A stretch of DNA of 56,634 nucleotides from Macrostomum lignano. Taxonomy: Eukaryota. Below, in pieces: positions 22,751 through 35,030 of the stretch (positions are counted from its first letter, which is position 1; each line of letters begins with the position of its first letter). Position numbers and translations under genes: made by a program. The stretch spans positions 347,601 to 404,234 of the forward strand of contig NIVC01000927.1 in the NCBI GenBank assembly GCA_002269645.1, read 5' to 3'. The notes below the pieces were generated by a model. It was not told the DNA's origin, did no database searches, and saw nothing but the letters and a program-made list of their open reading frames with translations.

Positions 22751-22787
22751 CCATGGAGGAAAGAATATATAATTCTTCCCTCCATGG
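22751..22787. mobile_element. 37-bp palindromic micro-element with a 6-bp direct flank (putative TSD AGCTAT)
   Basis: AGCTAT-[CCATGGAGGAAAGAAT ATATA ATTCTTCCCTCCATGG]-AGCTAT; the arms are 15/16 complementary. Confidence 0.6.
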
Positions 22788-23127
22788 AGCTATCCCTTGA
22801 TCAACCAAAAAGTCTCTCAATTATTGCTTTTGGGCAGTGTCTAAATTTTTAAGATGAATACTGTATTACATGCTATTGGTTATTGCATTTAATATAATAT
22901 TTTAATTCCAGTAGGCACTCAATGAAAATTACAGCAAAAGGCCACAAGCGTAAAAACGCACCACATAGTTTCAGTATTATAGTTTTATTCCAATTTTTTT
23001 TCAAAAACATAGCAACATGTTTTTTTACACTTGTTCTGATAGTAATAGCCAATAAACTAAACTTATTTTCTGAGCAACGTTGTAACTTGTTTTACTTTAA
23101 TGCAAGAATTCGTAATTTATGAATTGA

Positions 23128-23146
23128 CCAATAAGAATCTACCATG
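23128..23146 (+). promoter_or_regulatory. ERSE-like ER-stress element (CCAAT-N9-CCATG)
   Basis: CCAAT aagaatcta CCATG lies ~130 bp upstream of the PDIA6 ATG. The canonical ERSE is CCAAT-N9-CCACG, so there is one mismatch. Confidence 0.4.
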
Positions 23147-23272
23147 TGTAATTATCGTCACGTATCGTATAAGTTCGCGTTTAAATTTTCGAGTCACATC
23201 TCTGTTTTTCTATACCGAGTCTCAAAAATTAATTCCCTTTTCCTGAATTCACGAACCGTGTGCTACTGTGTT

Positions 23273-26200
23273 ATGAAGGCTGCCTTTGCATTTCTTTGTG
23301 GTAAGTGAGGGTTCACTTTTTTAAGTTAAAGTAAAGCTAAAACCGAAATTGAGTGGCTTAGCATCCGTGGACAAAATGTATTGATTGTTTGCTAGCCCTC
23401 TCGCCTAGTTTAATACTTAGTAATAGTATGCAGAAGGCAGATAAAACTTGCCAATCAAAAGATCTGGAGCATGGTAAATATGGCACATCCTGAAATACCA
23501 ATTTTAGCTTTCTTATCTGAGCTGTCTTTACAAACTATTCTTGATGAGCAAGCTGGAACAGTTTTAAAAGATGAATGGTCCCCTGTCCGGCCGCCCCCCT
23601 CCCCTATCAGGTCTTCAAATTTATCAGAATTAGAACATTAATCCTAATTGTATATGCTGATCAACTTGTCATTGTTTACCATTTAGTAATGCCCTTTTAA
23701 TAAAAGTGTTTGCTAGTTTTTTTTACTTATTGTTATTATTCTACTTACAAAAAAGTCATGATTAGGGCCTACTATGTTAGTAGGTTTGTAATTTTGATTA
23801 AATCATGAATAATTAATTGTTAGATCATGACAACATAAAAAGGCTTAACTTTAGGATCTTAGTTTCTTAAAAACACTAGTACTATAATAATAATATTAAT
23901 AAAACCAATTATGAATAAATATAGGCCAAATGAATAGATAGATTCCAGTTATTTTTGTGAAAAGTCATTTTGGTAATAGATATTCCTGGGAACAATAGTC
24001 TAGACAAATAGTCATTTTGGATACAAATTCTTTCTGTGAAAGACACATTTCATTAGAAAAAAATGAAAGATATGGTGAGTATATTTATTTAGTGTATGGA
24101 GGCACTTCATAACATCATACAATTTATATTTTGTACATATTTGAAAAATTCCATCAAAAGATTAATATATTTAAGAAAAAATCTTACTCAACTGATTATA
24201 TTGCTTGTTTTTATGCATATTATTTTGATTTTTCCTAGAATATTTATAAACTATAAACATAGAAGATCTTTATCATAATATGTTGACCACAAAAATATAA
24301 GCATAAGCATATATAAATAGAAGTGCTTAGGCCTATCCCCACGGTCCCATGCTAATAATTCCAATTTTATCCACATGGATCTATGTCGATAATTTCCAAC
24401 TTATCCCCATGGCAGCTTATTGGAATAAAGAACCTTAAAATGAATCTGTTCAAAAATTGTCTTTGTTTTCACTGTTTTACAATGTAAAAAAATCTGTTTC
24501 ACAATCTAATTAAACTACATGCATTGAATACTGAATAGTATCGAGTACTTTGTTTAAACTTTTTGTCATTAAAAGGGTTAATTTTAAATATTTGCTTAGC
24601 TACTGGCTTTACTTATAACAACCAAATGACCCAAAGATCAAGGCAAATGAGACTTGCAAAATTTAACTTTCAATATATAATAATAATGATAATATTACTA
24701 ATAATAATGACAATCTTGATTTAATATCAGTACACAAAACTAAATACAAACAACTGCACAATCTTAGCTGTGGGGATAAGCTGAAAATTATTGACACAGC
24801 CTATAGACTTGAATGATGGCAGCTATTTCAATAACTTTAATAAGCTGCCATGGGGATAAGTTGAAAATTATTGACATGGATCTGTGTGGATAAAATTGGA
24901 ATTATTGGCATGGGACCGTGAGGATAAGCACTTCCTATATAAATATTTACTACCTTTGGATAATGTACAAATTCAAAATATCACAACTTTTAAATAGTAA
25001 ATAAACAAAATTAAATAAAACAATGCTTTACCCTTTTAAAAACAACTGAAATTTTAGGTTTCATATGGTTTAGGATTGGCAAGATTATTCTCTGCTTAAA
25101 ACCAAAATGACTAGCACCAAAAAGGTCTTTTTTCTTGTCACCAAAGTGACTAATAAGAAGCAGCTCTTTGGAATTATATTTTTCAATTTTTATGAAACCC
25201 AAAATTTGTAGTTGCTTGCATTTAATATGAAATAAATAATTTACAAGTAAATATTAACTACTTAAACGTTTAGTTAAAATGAAACTTAAACAAATTGTTC
25301 CTTAAATAAGTTTTCTTTTATTATATTTACCAATTTCTTGACTTCACAAGAATAATTTGATTAAACCAACCATCCCACAAACCCACCAGGTCTGGCTCTC
25401 GCCAGCTCCACTTTGGCTCTCTATGACTCATCTGATGATGTTATTGAGCTCACTACAGCCAACTTCAACTCTAAAGTGCTGAACAGTGACGAGCTCTGGC
25501 TAGTTGAATTCTATGCACCCTGGTGCGGCCATTGTCAGAGCCTGGCACCAGCCTGGAAGCAGGCTGCCCGCGCGCTCAAAGGTGTAGTCAAAGTTGGCGC
25601 CGTCAACATGGACGAGCACCAGTCTGTTGGCCAGCCCTATGGTATCCGCGGCTTCCCCACTATCAAGGTGTTCGGCAGCGACAAACAATCGCCTAGCGAC
25701 TACAATGGCGCCAGATCGGCCGATTCTATTGTTGACACGGCGCTTAGCCACCTACAGGCTATGGTTCGACAGCGACTTAGCGGTAAATATTCCGATACTC
25801 CTTGCATTCTAATCGGGAGTGACGGGGGGGCATTTTTGTTAGTGCTTCATAGCTAGGAACACCGTGACTGTCACTGAGGCCTTATCCTCCCACAGGTGGC
25901 GGATCCTCTCGCGGCGGCGGCGGCAGCGGCAGCGGCGCCGACGTTATTGAACTGACCGACGCCAATTTTGAAAGCACAGTAATGGGCAGCAAAGATCTGT
26001 GGCTAGTTGAATTCTTTGCGCCCTGGTGCGGCCATTGCAAACAGCTGAAGCCGCACTGGGACCGGGCAGCTAGCGAGCTGTCTGGGAAGGTGAGGTTTTG
26101 GAATACAAGAAATTATTAATTTATTTGGCCAAATCAAGCTGGTTCAAATCCCTAGCCTTGTATAATTGTATACTATATGATATCATATTACTAACAGTAG

Positions 26201-29200
26201 CATTGATTTATTTTTTCATTTGTAACACAGCCAGGAGGGAGACATTCCAGAGTTACCAAAAATTATTTAGTGCAAAGGGTCGGCAAACTCCTGCCCTCGG
26301 GTCCTTTGAAACTTCACAATAGCAATCCGGCTCGCTTAAGATTTGTGTCTTCTCTCTCCCCCTCTCTGTCCTCTCTTCCCTCTTCTCTGTTCTCTCTCCC
26401 CCCTCTTCTCTGTTCTCTCTCCCCCCTCTCTGTCCTCTCTTCCCTCTTCTCTGTTCTCTCCCCCCTCTTCTCTGTTCTCTCTCCCCCCTCTCTGTCCTCT
26501 CTTCCCTCTTCTCTGTTCTCTCTCCCCCCTCTCTGTCCTCTCTTCCCTCTTCTCGTCTCTTCCCTCTTCTCTGTTCTCTCTCCCCTCTTCTCTCTTATCT
26601 CTCCCCTCTTTTCTTCTCTCTGCTCTCTTCTCTGTTCTCTCTCCCCTCTTCTCTGCTCTCTCCCCTCTTCTCTCTTATCTCTCCCCTCTTTGTTCTCTCT
26701 GCCCTCTTCTCTGTTCTCTCTCCCCTCTTCTCTCTTATCTCTCCCCTCTTCTCTGTTCTCTCTCCCATCTTCTCTGTTCTCTCTCACCTCTTCTCTCTTA
26801 TCTCTCCCCTCTTCTCTGTTCTCTCTCTCATCTTCTCTGTTCTCTCTCCCCTCTTCTCTGTTCTCTCTCTCATCTTCTCTGTTCTCTCTCCCCTCTTCTC
26901 TGTTCTCTCTCCCCTCTTCTCTGTTCTCTCTCCCCTCTTCTCTGTTCTCTCTCTCATCTTCTCTGTTCTCTCTCCCCTCTTCTCTGTTCTCTCTTCCCTC
27001 TTCTCTGTTCTCTCTCCCCTCTTCTCTGTTCTCTCTCCCCTCTTCTCTGTTCTCTCTCTCATCTTCTCTGTTCTCTCTCCCCTCTTCTCTCTTATCTCTC
27101 CCCTCTTTGCTCTCTCTTCCCTCTTCTCTGTTCTCTCTCCCCTCTTCTCTGTTCTCTCTTCCCTCTTCTCTGTTCTCTCTGCCCTCTTTTTTATTCTCAT
27201 CTGGCCTGCAGCCACAAGCTGTATTCTTTTTCTGGCAGTTGAGGTAAAAGTTTGCCGACTCCTTGTGTGGCCAAACTCAGTTTACTAATGAGTGCGCCCT
27301 ATTCACCTGTACAGGTGAAACTCGGCGCCCTGGACGCCACTGTGCACACATCGATGGCCGCCCGCTACGGTATCCAAGGCTATCCGACTATTAAAATGTT
27401 CCCGGCCGGCCGAAAAACTGGCGAAGCCGTCGAATACGACGGCGGCCGCACCTCGGACGATATTGTCCGGTGGGCTCTGGACAAACTGGCCGGTAAGTAA
27501 TGCATCAAATTTAATCCAAGTTTGTACTAATTCACATGTACTTTTAATAATAGGATAGGCCACTCAGGGATATTGGCACTCAGATGGCAAGGCTTGGGGG
27601 AATTGCTAAGATAGCAAGGCTTACGGGGGGATTGCTGAGATGTCAAGGCTTACGGGGGGATTGCTGAGATGGCAAGGCTTACGGGGGGATTGCTGAGATG
27701 TCAAGGTTTACGGGGAGAATTGCTGAGATGGCAAGGCTGAGGTCAGAAGCTACATGTAGTCTATTCAATTTTTTTTATTAAATTCTCTGTTGGCTCCCCA
27801 ACAGGGGGCGCTGATTGCTAGTTTCTAGCTATGTTTAGTATCTGTCTGTACACTAATTAGATGACGACGCATCAAAAGCATTTTTTCTTAGAAGCAGGGA
27901 GCTGTGCGCATCCTCGCGCACTTTAAGCGACGTTGTCGCACAACCGGCGAGAGGCATTACTGCCCATTCCACCGGCCCCTCCTGAGCAAGGATACGTACG
28001 CAATCACAGGAGTGTACAGCGGCCCTAACTTAATTTATCGTTAGGCCTGTACACTTCACTGTGACTTGGGGGTTGGCCATCAAGGGCGTTAATTACACGA
28101 GCAGAGCCAAGCCAAGATTCCAATTTAGCCCCAAATTAATGTGACTGCACTTGGAATCGAGCCTGGGCCGCTGGCACATCCACTGGGCTACGGTCCCCTT
28201 CATCAAAAGCATGGCTAATCCTGCCTTTAACTACTCGTCTGAAGCTAATCCATATTAAATTCAATCGGTCTCCGCAGACTCCATCGCTCCGCCAGAAATT
28301 GTTGAACTAACTGACCAGACTGTGCTGCAGGACCACTGCCTTGACAAGCAGCTGTGCGTTGTATCCGTGCTGCCTCAGCTGCTCGATTGCCAGTCCGACT
28401 GTCGCAACGGCTACCTGAAGATACTGAAAGAGATTGGCGAGAAGTACAAGAAATTAATGTGGGGCTGGGTCTGGTTCCAAGGCGGCGATATGCAGACGCA
28501 GGTAAAATACGGGCGATTGACGAACTACCCACTTTCCACTTTTCATTTCTGTTGTTTCTTCTAATTTAAAATTTTCTGTTCTAATTTTTTCTTTTTTTTC
28601 GCATCCAGCTGGAGGAGGCTTTCGGTATCGGCGGTTTCGGCTACCCAGCCATGGCTGTTGTGAACGCCAAGAAGATGAAGTTCTCCCTGCTGAAAGGCCC
28701 ATTCACCTTTGACGGTATTAACGAGTTCGTGCGCAGCCTGTCGCTCGGCCGCGGCTCCACCGAGCCGGTGCGCGGCGCCAGCATCCCGGAGGCTAAGAAG
28801 CGAGACCCGTGGGACGGCAAGGACGCCAAGGTGAGCGCTCATTTTTGGCTAGCTAGCTTCAGGGTTCTTCAGGAGCCTCTGGAAACCCTGCTAGCTCTCC
28901 CAATTCTTCAGGACCCACTGCAAACACCCAATAGCCCCCGATTTTTTCAGGACCCACTGCGAACACCCCGATAGCTCCCTATTTATCAGGACCCATTGCG
29001 AACACCCCGCTAGCCCCCGATTCTTCAGGACCCGCTGTGAACACCCCGATAGCTCCCTATTTATCAGGACCCATTGCGAGCACCCCGCTAGCCCCCGATT
29101 TTTCAGGACCCATTGCGAACACCCCGCTAGCCCCCGATTCTTCAGGACCCATTGCGAACACCCCGATAGCCCCCGATTTTTTCAGGACCCACTGCGAACA

Positions 29201-32200
29201 CCCCGATAGCCCCCGATTTTTTCAGGACCCACTGCGAACACCCCGATAGCCCCCGATTTTTCAGGACCCATTGCGAACACCCCGATAGCCCCCGATTTTT
29301 TCAGGACCCACTGCGAACACCCCGATAGCCCCCGATTTTTCAGGACCCATTGCGAACACCCCGATAGCCCCCGATTTTTTCAGGACCCACTGCGAACACC
29401 CCGATAGCCCCGATTTTTTCAGGACCCACTGCGAACACCCCGATAGCCCCCGATTTTTCAGGACCCATTGCGAACACCCCGATGGCCCCCGATTTTTTCA
29501 GGACCCACTGCGAACACCCCAATAGCCCCCGATTTTTCAGGACCCATTGCGAACACCCCGATAGCCCCCGATTTTTCAGGACCCATTGCGAACACCCCGA
29601 TAGCCCCCGATTTTTTCAGGACCCACTGCGAACACCCCGATAGCCCCCGATTTTTCAGGACCCATTGCGAACACCCCGATAGCCCCCGATTTATCAGGAC
29701 CCATTGCGAACACCCCGATAGCCCCCGATTCTTCAGGACCCATTGCGAACACCCCGATAGCCCCCGATTTTTCAGGACCCATTGCGAACACCCCGATAGC
29801 CCCCGATTTTTCAGGACCCATTGCGAACACCCCGATAGCCCCCGATTTTTCAGGACCCATTGCGAACACCCCGATAGCTCCCTATTTATCAGGACCCATT
29901 GCGAACACCCCGCTAGCCCCCGATTCTTCAGGACCCGCTGTGAACACCCCGATAGCCCCCGATTTTTCAGGACCCATTGCGAACACCCCGATAGCCCCCG
30001 ATTTTTTCAGGACCCACTGCGAACACCCCGATAGCCCCCGATTTTTTCAGGACCCACTGCGAACACCCCGATAGCCCCCGATTTTTTCAGGACCCACTGC
30101 GAACACCCCGATAGCCCCCGATTTTTTCAGGACCCACTGCGAACACCCCGATAGCCCCCGATTTTTCAGGACCCATTGCGAACACCCCGATAGCCCCCGA
30201 TTTTTTCAGGACCCACTGCGAACACCCCGATAGCCCCCGATTTTTCAGGACCCATTGCGAACACCCCGATAGCCCCCGATTTTTCAGGACCCATTGCGAA
30301 CACCCCGATAGCCCCCGATTTTTTCAGGACCCACTGCGAACACCCCGATAGCCCCCGATTTTTCAGGACCCATTGCGAACACCCCGATAGCTCCCGATTT
30401 ATCAGGACCCATTGCGAACACCCCGATAGCCCCCAATTCTTCAGGACCCATTGCGAACACCCCGATAGCCCCCGATTTTTCAGGACCCATTGCGAACACC
30501 CCGATAGCCCCCGATTTTTCAGGACCCATTGCGAACACCCCGATAGCCCCCGATTTTTCAGGACCCATTGCGAACACCCCGATAGCTCCCTATTTTTCAG
30601 GACCCATTGCGAACACCCGCTAGCCCCCGATTCTTCAGGACCCGCTGTGAACACCCCGATAGCCCCCGATTTTCAGGACCCATTGTGAACACCCCGATAG
30701 CTCCCTATTTATCAGGACCCATTGCGAACACCCCGATAGCTCCCTATTTATCAGGACCCATTGCGAACACCCCGCTAGCCCCCGATTCTTCAGGACCCGC
30801 TGTGAACACCCCGATAGCCCCCGATTTTTCAGGACCCATTGCGAACACCCCGATAGCCCCCGATTTTTCAGGACCCATTGCGAACACCCCGATAGCCCCC
30901 GATTTTTCAAGACCCATTGCGAACACCCCGATAGCCCCCGATTTTTTTAGGACCCACTGCGAACACCCCGATAGCCCCCGATTTTTCAGGACCCATTGCG
31001 AACACCCCGATAGCCCCCGATTTTTCAGGACCCATTGCGAACACCCCGATAGCTCCCTATTTATCAGGACCCATTGCGAACACCCCGATAGCTCCCTATT
31101 TATCAGGACCCATTGCGAACACCCCGCTAGCCCCCGATTTTTCAGGACCCATTGCGAACACCCCGATAGCCCCCGATTTTTTCAGGACCCACTGCGAACA
31201 CCCCGATAGCCCCCGATTTTTCAGGACCCATTGCGAACACCCCGATAGCTCCCGATTTATCAGGACCCATTGCGAACACCCCGATAGCCCCCAATTCTTC
31301 AGGACCCATTGCGAACACCCCGATAGCCCCCGATTTTTCAGGACCCATTGCGAACACCCCGATAGCCCCCGATTTTTCAGGACCCATTGCGAACACCCCG
31401 ATAGCCCCCGATTTTTCAGGACCCATTGCGAACACCCCGATAGCTCCCTATTTTTCAGGACCCATTGCGAACACCCCGCTAGCCCCCGATTCTTCAGGAC
31501 CCGCTGTGAACACCCCGATAGCCCCCGATTTTCAGGACCCATTGTGAACACCCCGATAGCTCCCTATTTATCAGGACCCATTGCGAACACCCCGATAGCT
31601 CCCTATTTATCAGGACCCATTGCGAACACCCCGCTAGCCCCCGATTCTTCAGGACCCGCTGTGAACACCCCGATAGCCCCCGATTTTTCAGGACCCATTG
31701 CGAACACCCCGATAGCCCCCGATTTTTCAGGACCCATTGCGAACACCCCGATAGCCCCCGATTTTTCAAGACCCATTGCGAACACCCCGATAGCCCCCGA
31801 TTTTTTTAGGACCCACTGCGAACACCCCGATAGCCCCCGATTTTTCAGGACCCATTGCGAACACCCCGATAGCCCCCGATTTTTCAGGACCCATTGCGAA
31901 CACCCCGATAGCTCCCTATTTATCAGGACCCATTGCGAACACCCCGATAGCTCCCTATTTATCAGGACCCATTGCGAACACCCCGCTAGCCCCCGATTCT
32001 TCAGGACCCGCTGTGAACACCCCGATAGCCCCCGATTTTTCAGGACCCATTGCGAACACCCCGATAGCCCCCGATTTTTCAGGACCCATTGCGAACACCC
32101 CGATAGCCCCCGATTTTTCAAGACCCATTGCGAACACCCCGATAGCCCCCGATTTTTCAAGACCCATTGCGAACACCCCGATAGCCCCCGATTTTTCAAG

Positions 32201-32640
32201 ACCCATTGCGAACACCCAATAGCCCCCGATTTTTCAGGACCCACTGCGAACACCCGCTAGCTCTCCCAATTCTTTAGGAGCCGCTGTGAACACCCCGCGG
32301 CCGCTAGCCCCCGATTCTTCAGGACCCGCTGTGAACACCCCGCTAGGTCTCCCAATTCTTCAGGACCCGCTGCGAACACCCCGCTAGCTCTCCCGATTTT
32401 TCAGAACTCGCTGAAAACCCCTGCTAGGTCCTAATTCTTCAGGTGCCGCTGCAAACACCCCTAGCTCCCCTGACTCTTAGCAAACCCCAACAACTTGTTA
32501 GTAACAAGAACCAATAATCGATAGCTCAATAATTATTGCTTCTCTCTGAGGTTCAGCTTCCCACTGTTGAGGATGACGGCATTGACGTGTCAGACATTGT
32601 GCTGGACACCATCGGCAAAGACAAGAAGCAGGAGCTTTGA
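23273..32640 (+). CDS. PDIA6: Protein disulfide-isomerase A6 (P5), 7 exons, 440 aa, isoform ending KQEL
   Basis: Exons: 23273-23300, 25390-25782, 25896-26089, 27315-27492, 28278-28501, 28609-28830, 32557-32640 (1323 nt, phases consistent). Signal peptide [19 protein letters not shown], two thioredoxin domains with WCGHC, a Gly-rich linker, a b-domain with GGFGYPAM, and an acidic tail ending KKQEL*. Confidence 0.95.
24320..24935. mobile_element. MITE/foldback element with ~100-bp TIRs in PDIA6 intron 1
   Basis: 24320-24421 (GAAGTGCTTAGGCCTATCCCCACGGTCCCATGCTAATAATTCCAATTTTATCCAC...) is the near reverse complement of 24839-24935. The arms contain subrepeats and the core is AT-rich. TA flanks are possible, but the TSD is not certain. 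Confidence 0.8.
26345..27200 (+). repeat. CT-rich ~21-bp minisatellite in PDIA6 intron 3
   Basis: Unit CCCCTCTTCTCTGTTCTCTCT. Confidence 0.95.
27580..27740 (+). repeat. 29-bp minisatellite in PDIA6 intron 4
   Basis: Unit GCTGAGATGTCAAGGCTTACGGGGGGATT. Confidence 0.85.
27890..28198 (-). mobile_element. Possible tRNA-derived SINE-like element
   Basis: The minus strand begins GGGGACCG-TAGCCCAGTGG (A-box-like) and continues to GGCTCGATTCC (B-box-like), but the A-B spacing is only ~17 nt. The 3' boundary is uncertain. Confidence 0.3.
28885..32470 (+). repeat. 39-bp minisatellite (~3.6 kb) filling PDIA6 intron 6
   Basis: Unit CAGGACCCATTGCGAACACCCCGATAGCCCCCGATTTTT; all ORFs here are repeat translations. 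Confidence 0.97.
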
Positions 32641-32959
32641 GCCAATAGTGCGTTTTGAGAAGTATCCTATTATAGCATATTATTCTATTTACTTTTGGAT
32701 AAAGAAGTGAAGAAGTTAAACCTCAGTTCTGGGTTGCATGCAATTTGCAGCGATTGCAGGTCACTAACGGTATTATCTGGCAAAATAGTATATAATTTTT
32801 ATTTTATCTTTTTTTCTCTATTTTCTCAACTTTACCGAGCATCTGGTTGAGGATTATTTTTATCATACGCAAATGATGCCGCTATCAGTAGGGTAATCGG
32901 GTTCTATGCAATAAATACTCGTAATTTACTTGTTTTATCCGGCCACTTTCCTTCCCCAG

Positions 32960-33022
32960 ATAACGCAGGACGACGAGATTGACCTGTCAGAGCTGGGCAT
33001 GGAGAGCAAGACTGAGCTATAG
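32960..33022 (+). CDS. PDIA6: Alternative terminal exon of PDIA6 (ITQDDEIDLSELGMESKTEL*)
   Basis: Strong acceptor CACTTTCCTTCCCCAG, phase 0 as required by exon 6. Acidic DDEIDLS motif as in PDIA6 tails, ending in the KDEL-like KTEL followed by TAG. AATAAA at 33266. Confidence 0.8.
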   Translation: MTQDDEIDLSELGMESKTEL

Positions 33023-34002
33023 AGAGCACCTGCCCGTCTATATAATACTCAACTGTACTCATTAATTCGACCACAATACTGATGGACAATTAACTATTAA
33101 CCATACTGCAATGAATGTTCTTCTAAAGAAAGACTACCCTTGAAAACCTATTGTCATTGTTGAGTAATCTTATGCGTATATTGTTACTAATATTTAACTA
33201 TTGTTTAAATCGTGTTAACCCGTGAACAATGTGAGGAACAGACCGCATTTGGTGCCAAAATTTCTAATAAAAACAAAAATAGAAAATTAGACTTGGCAGT
33301 CTCGTTTCCAGTTTATTAGCATCCATATTCGGTATTGTTTTGTGTTGCCATGGCATCCGGGTTCAAACTATTCGTTTTTGCCGCTCCCCCAATGAATTCT
33401 GTATGCTGCTGCTAAATTGCGCAAACTATACTACTACTGTTAGTAAATATCCAAGTGTGACAGCATTCTCTTTTCTTGCGTTATTTTCCTCACGCTTACG
33501 TCTCATTGGATTTGTAGTTTATCACATTTGTTCGGGTGGCTGTTGTTTGATAAAAATTAAAGTTATTTTCTTTTTGTCGAAAGTCTTTTCTCCTTTCTGT
33601 TGAAAATGTGTTCTTTTTGTTGCCTTTTTGTTGCCTGCGTTGTTTTAATAAAATACTGTTTTCGCTCTCTGTTTGTCTGTCTGTTTAATTATTTCAGCAA
33701 TGCCCCCCTGAACTGCCAGCTTTGTCAATTGTCTGCTTGCTAGTATACTGTAAACCACCCGGTATAGAAAATCTAAATATTTAAAAATATATCCACTTGA
33801 GAAACTTGCGAAAAGAAATCCTACCATTTGCCATTGAGTTTGTCTCTGTTACTCTCAGCAGCAGAACTGCACTAATTGGTTTTATTGTGTAGTTTATTTA
33901 TTTTTAATAGCCCTTTGCTACCAGAAGTTTTAATCTGCTACGGGTCATGCGGCTCTTAACTATCTTTTTTACTCATCTGCTCTGATTACCGCTGACTACT
34001 AC

Positions 34003-34160
34003 TACTGCTACTACTACTACTGCTGGTACTACTGCTGCTACTACTACTACTGCTGGTACTACTGCTGCTACTACTACTACTACTGCTGGTACTACTGCTA
34101 CTACTACTACTGCTGCTGGTACTACTGCTGCTACTACTACTACTACTGCTGGTACTACTG

Positions 34161-34192
<32 letters not shown>

Positions 34193-34317
34193 GTTAATAG
34201 TGCTACTGCTACTACTGCTACTACTACTACTACTACTATAATAGTGCTACTACTACTACTGCTACTACTGCTGCTACTGCTACTACTGCTGCTGCTACTA
34301 CTACTATACTACTACTT
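34003..34317 (+). repeat. (CTA)n/(CTG)n trinucleotide microsatellite
   Basis: Directly visible. Confidence 0.95.
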
Positions 34318-34719
34318 ATGCGTTATAAACCCTATTTACTTCGGTCCAAACATTAGACGTAAGCAGCTTTGATCATGGTGTGCATGTATCTATGTAGATA
34401 CGCTCGCACATTTGTTAGATTAAATCGATCGACTCGCCACCAGCTGACTTTCTCATTGTTGTCAGGCATACGCAGAGGGCGTTAATCGCGAAACAGAACT
34501 CCAGGCCAGCTGACTCTGTTTGACCCCTGCCAAGATATTGATCGCTTTGAATGCTATGAAATTCAAGCGAGTTCGTGAAGAGTGTATTCAGCTTTAGAAT
34601 GAAACTGTGATTATCAAAATCAACAATGACAAAAGGCGCAACCCCAGAAAAGTAGCGCATTGGCGGGTTCGACCCCATGGCCCTACCTAAATGGGCTTTG
34701 GGAGGTGAGTAGCAGATCG

Positions 34720-35030
34720 ACATCCTGTGGGGGCAGCAGCGCCCTGTCCGGATCACGTGACCCACCGGTTGAAGTCTACGCCGGGTCCGCACAGAGCAGC
34801 AGTTCCGGGTGTCTCTCCAGATGCCGCTTCTGATAGTCGTACAATCTGTTGTGAAGAAAGGTAAAGTATTGGATGAAACTGAATACGTAGAAATTTGGGG
34901 TTAGGAAGGCAGTCGTCCGCTTTCTTGTAAAGCAAAGCGAGCAGAGGCTGCACTGGCTTGGCTCTGCATCAAATCCATGGAGACTCTGCATGACCGGCCC
35001 AGTATAGCGAAGCAATACCCAGTTGGATCC
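34720..35030 (-). mobile_element. Degraded non-LTR retrotransposon (RTE-like) 3' fragment
   Basis: The frameshifted fragments RRRLQPVGHVIRTGRCCP and LLRYTGPVMQSLHGFDA resemble the RRLxxxGHxxR C-terminal motif of RTE-clade ORF2. Recognised by eye only. Confidence 0.35.

Noticed and set aside
27797-27814. CTCF-like motif CCAACAGGGGGCGC
   Set aside because: Single short match with no supporting context; expected by chance or from repeats.
34651-34680. Pol III A/B-box-like pair (TAGCGCATTGG, GGTTCGACCCC)
   Set aside because: The boxes are only 2 nt apart and no cloverleaf forms, so it is not a tRNA.
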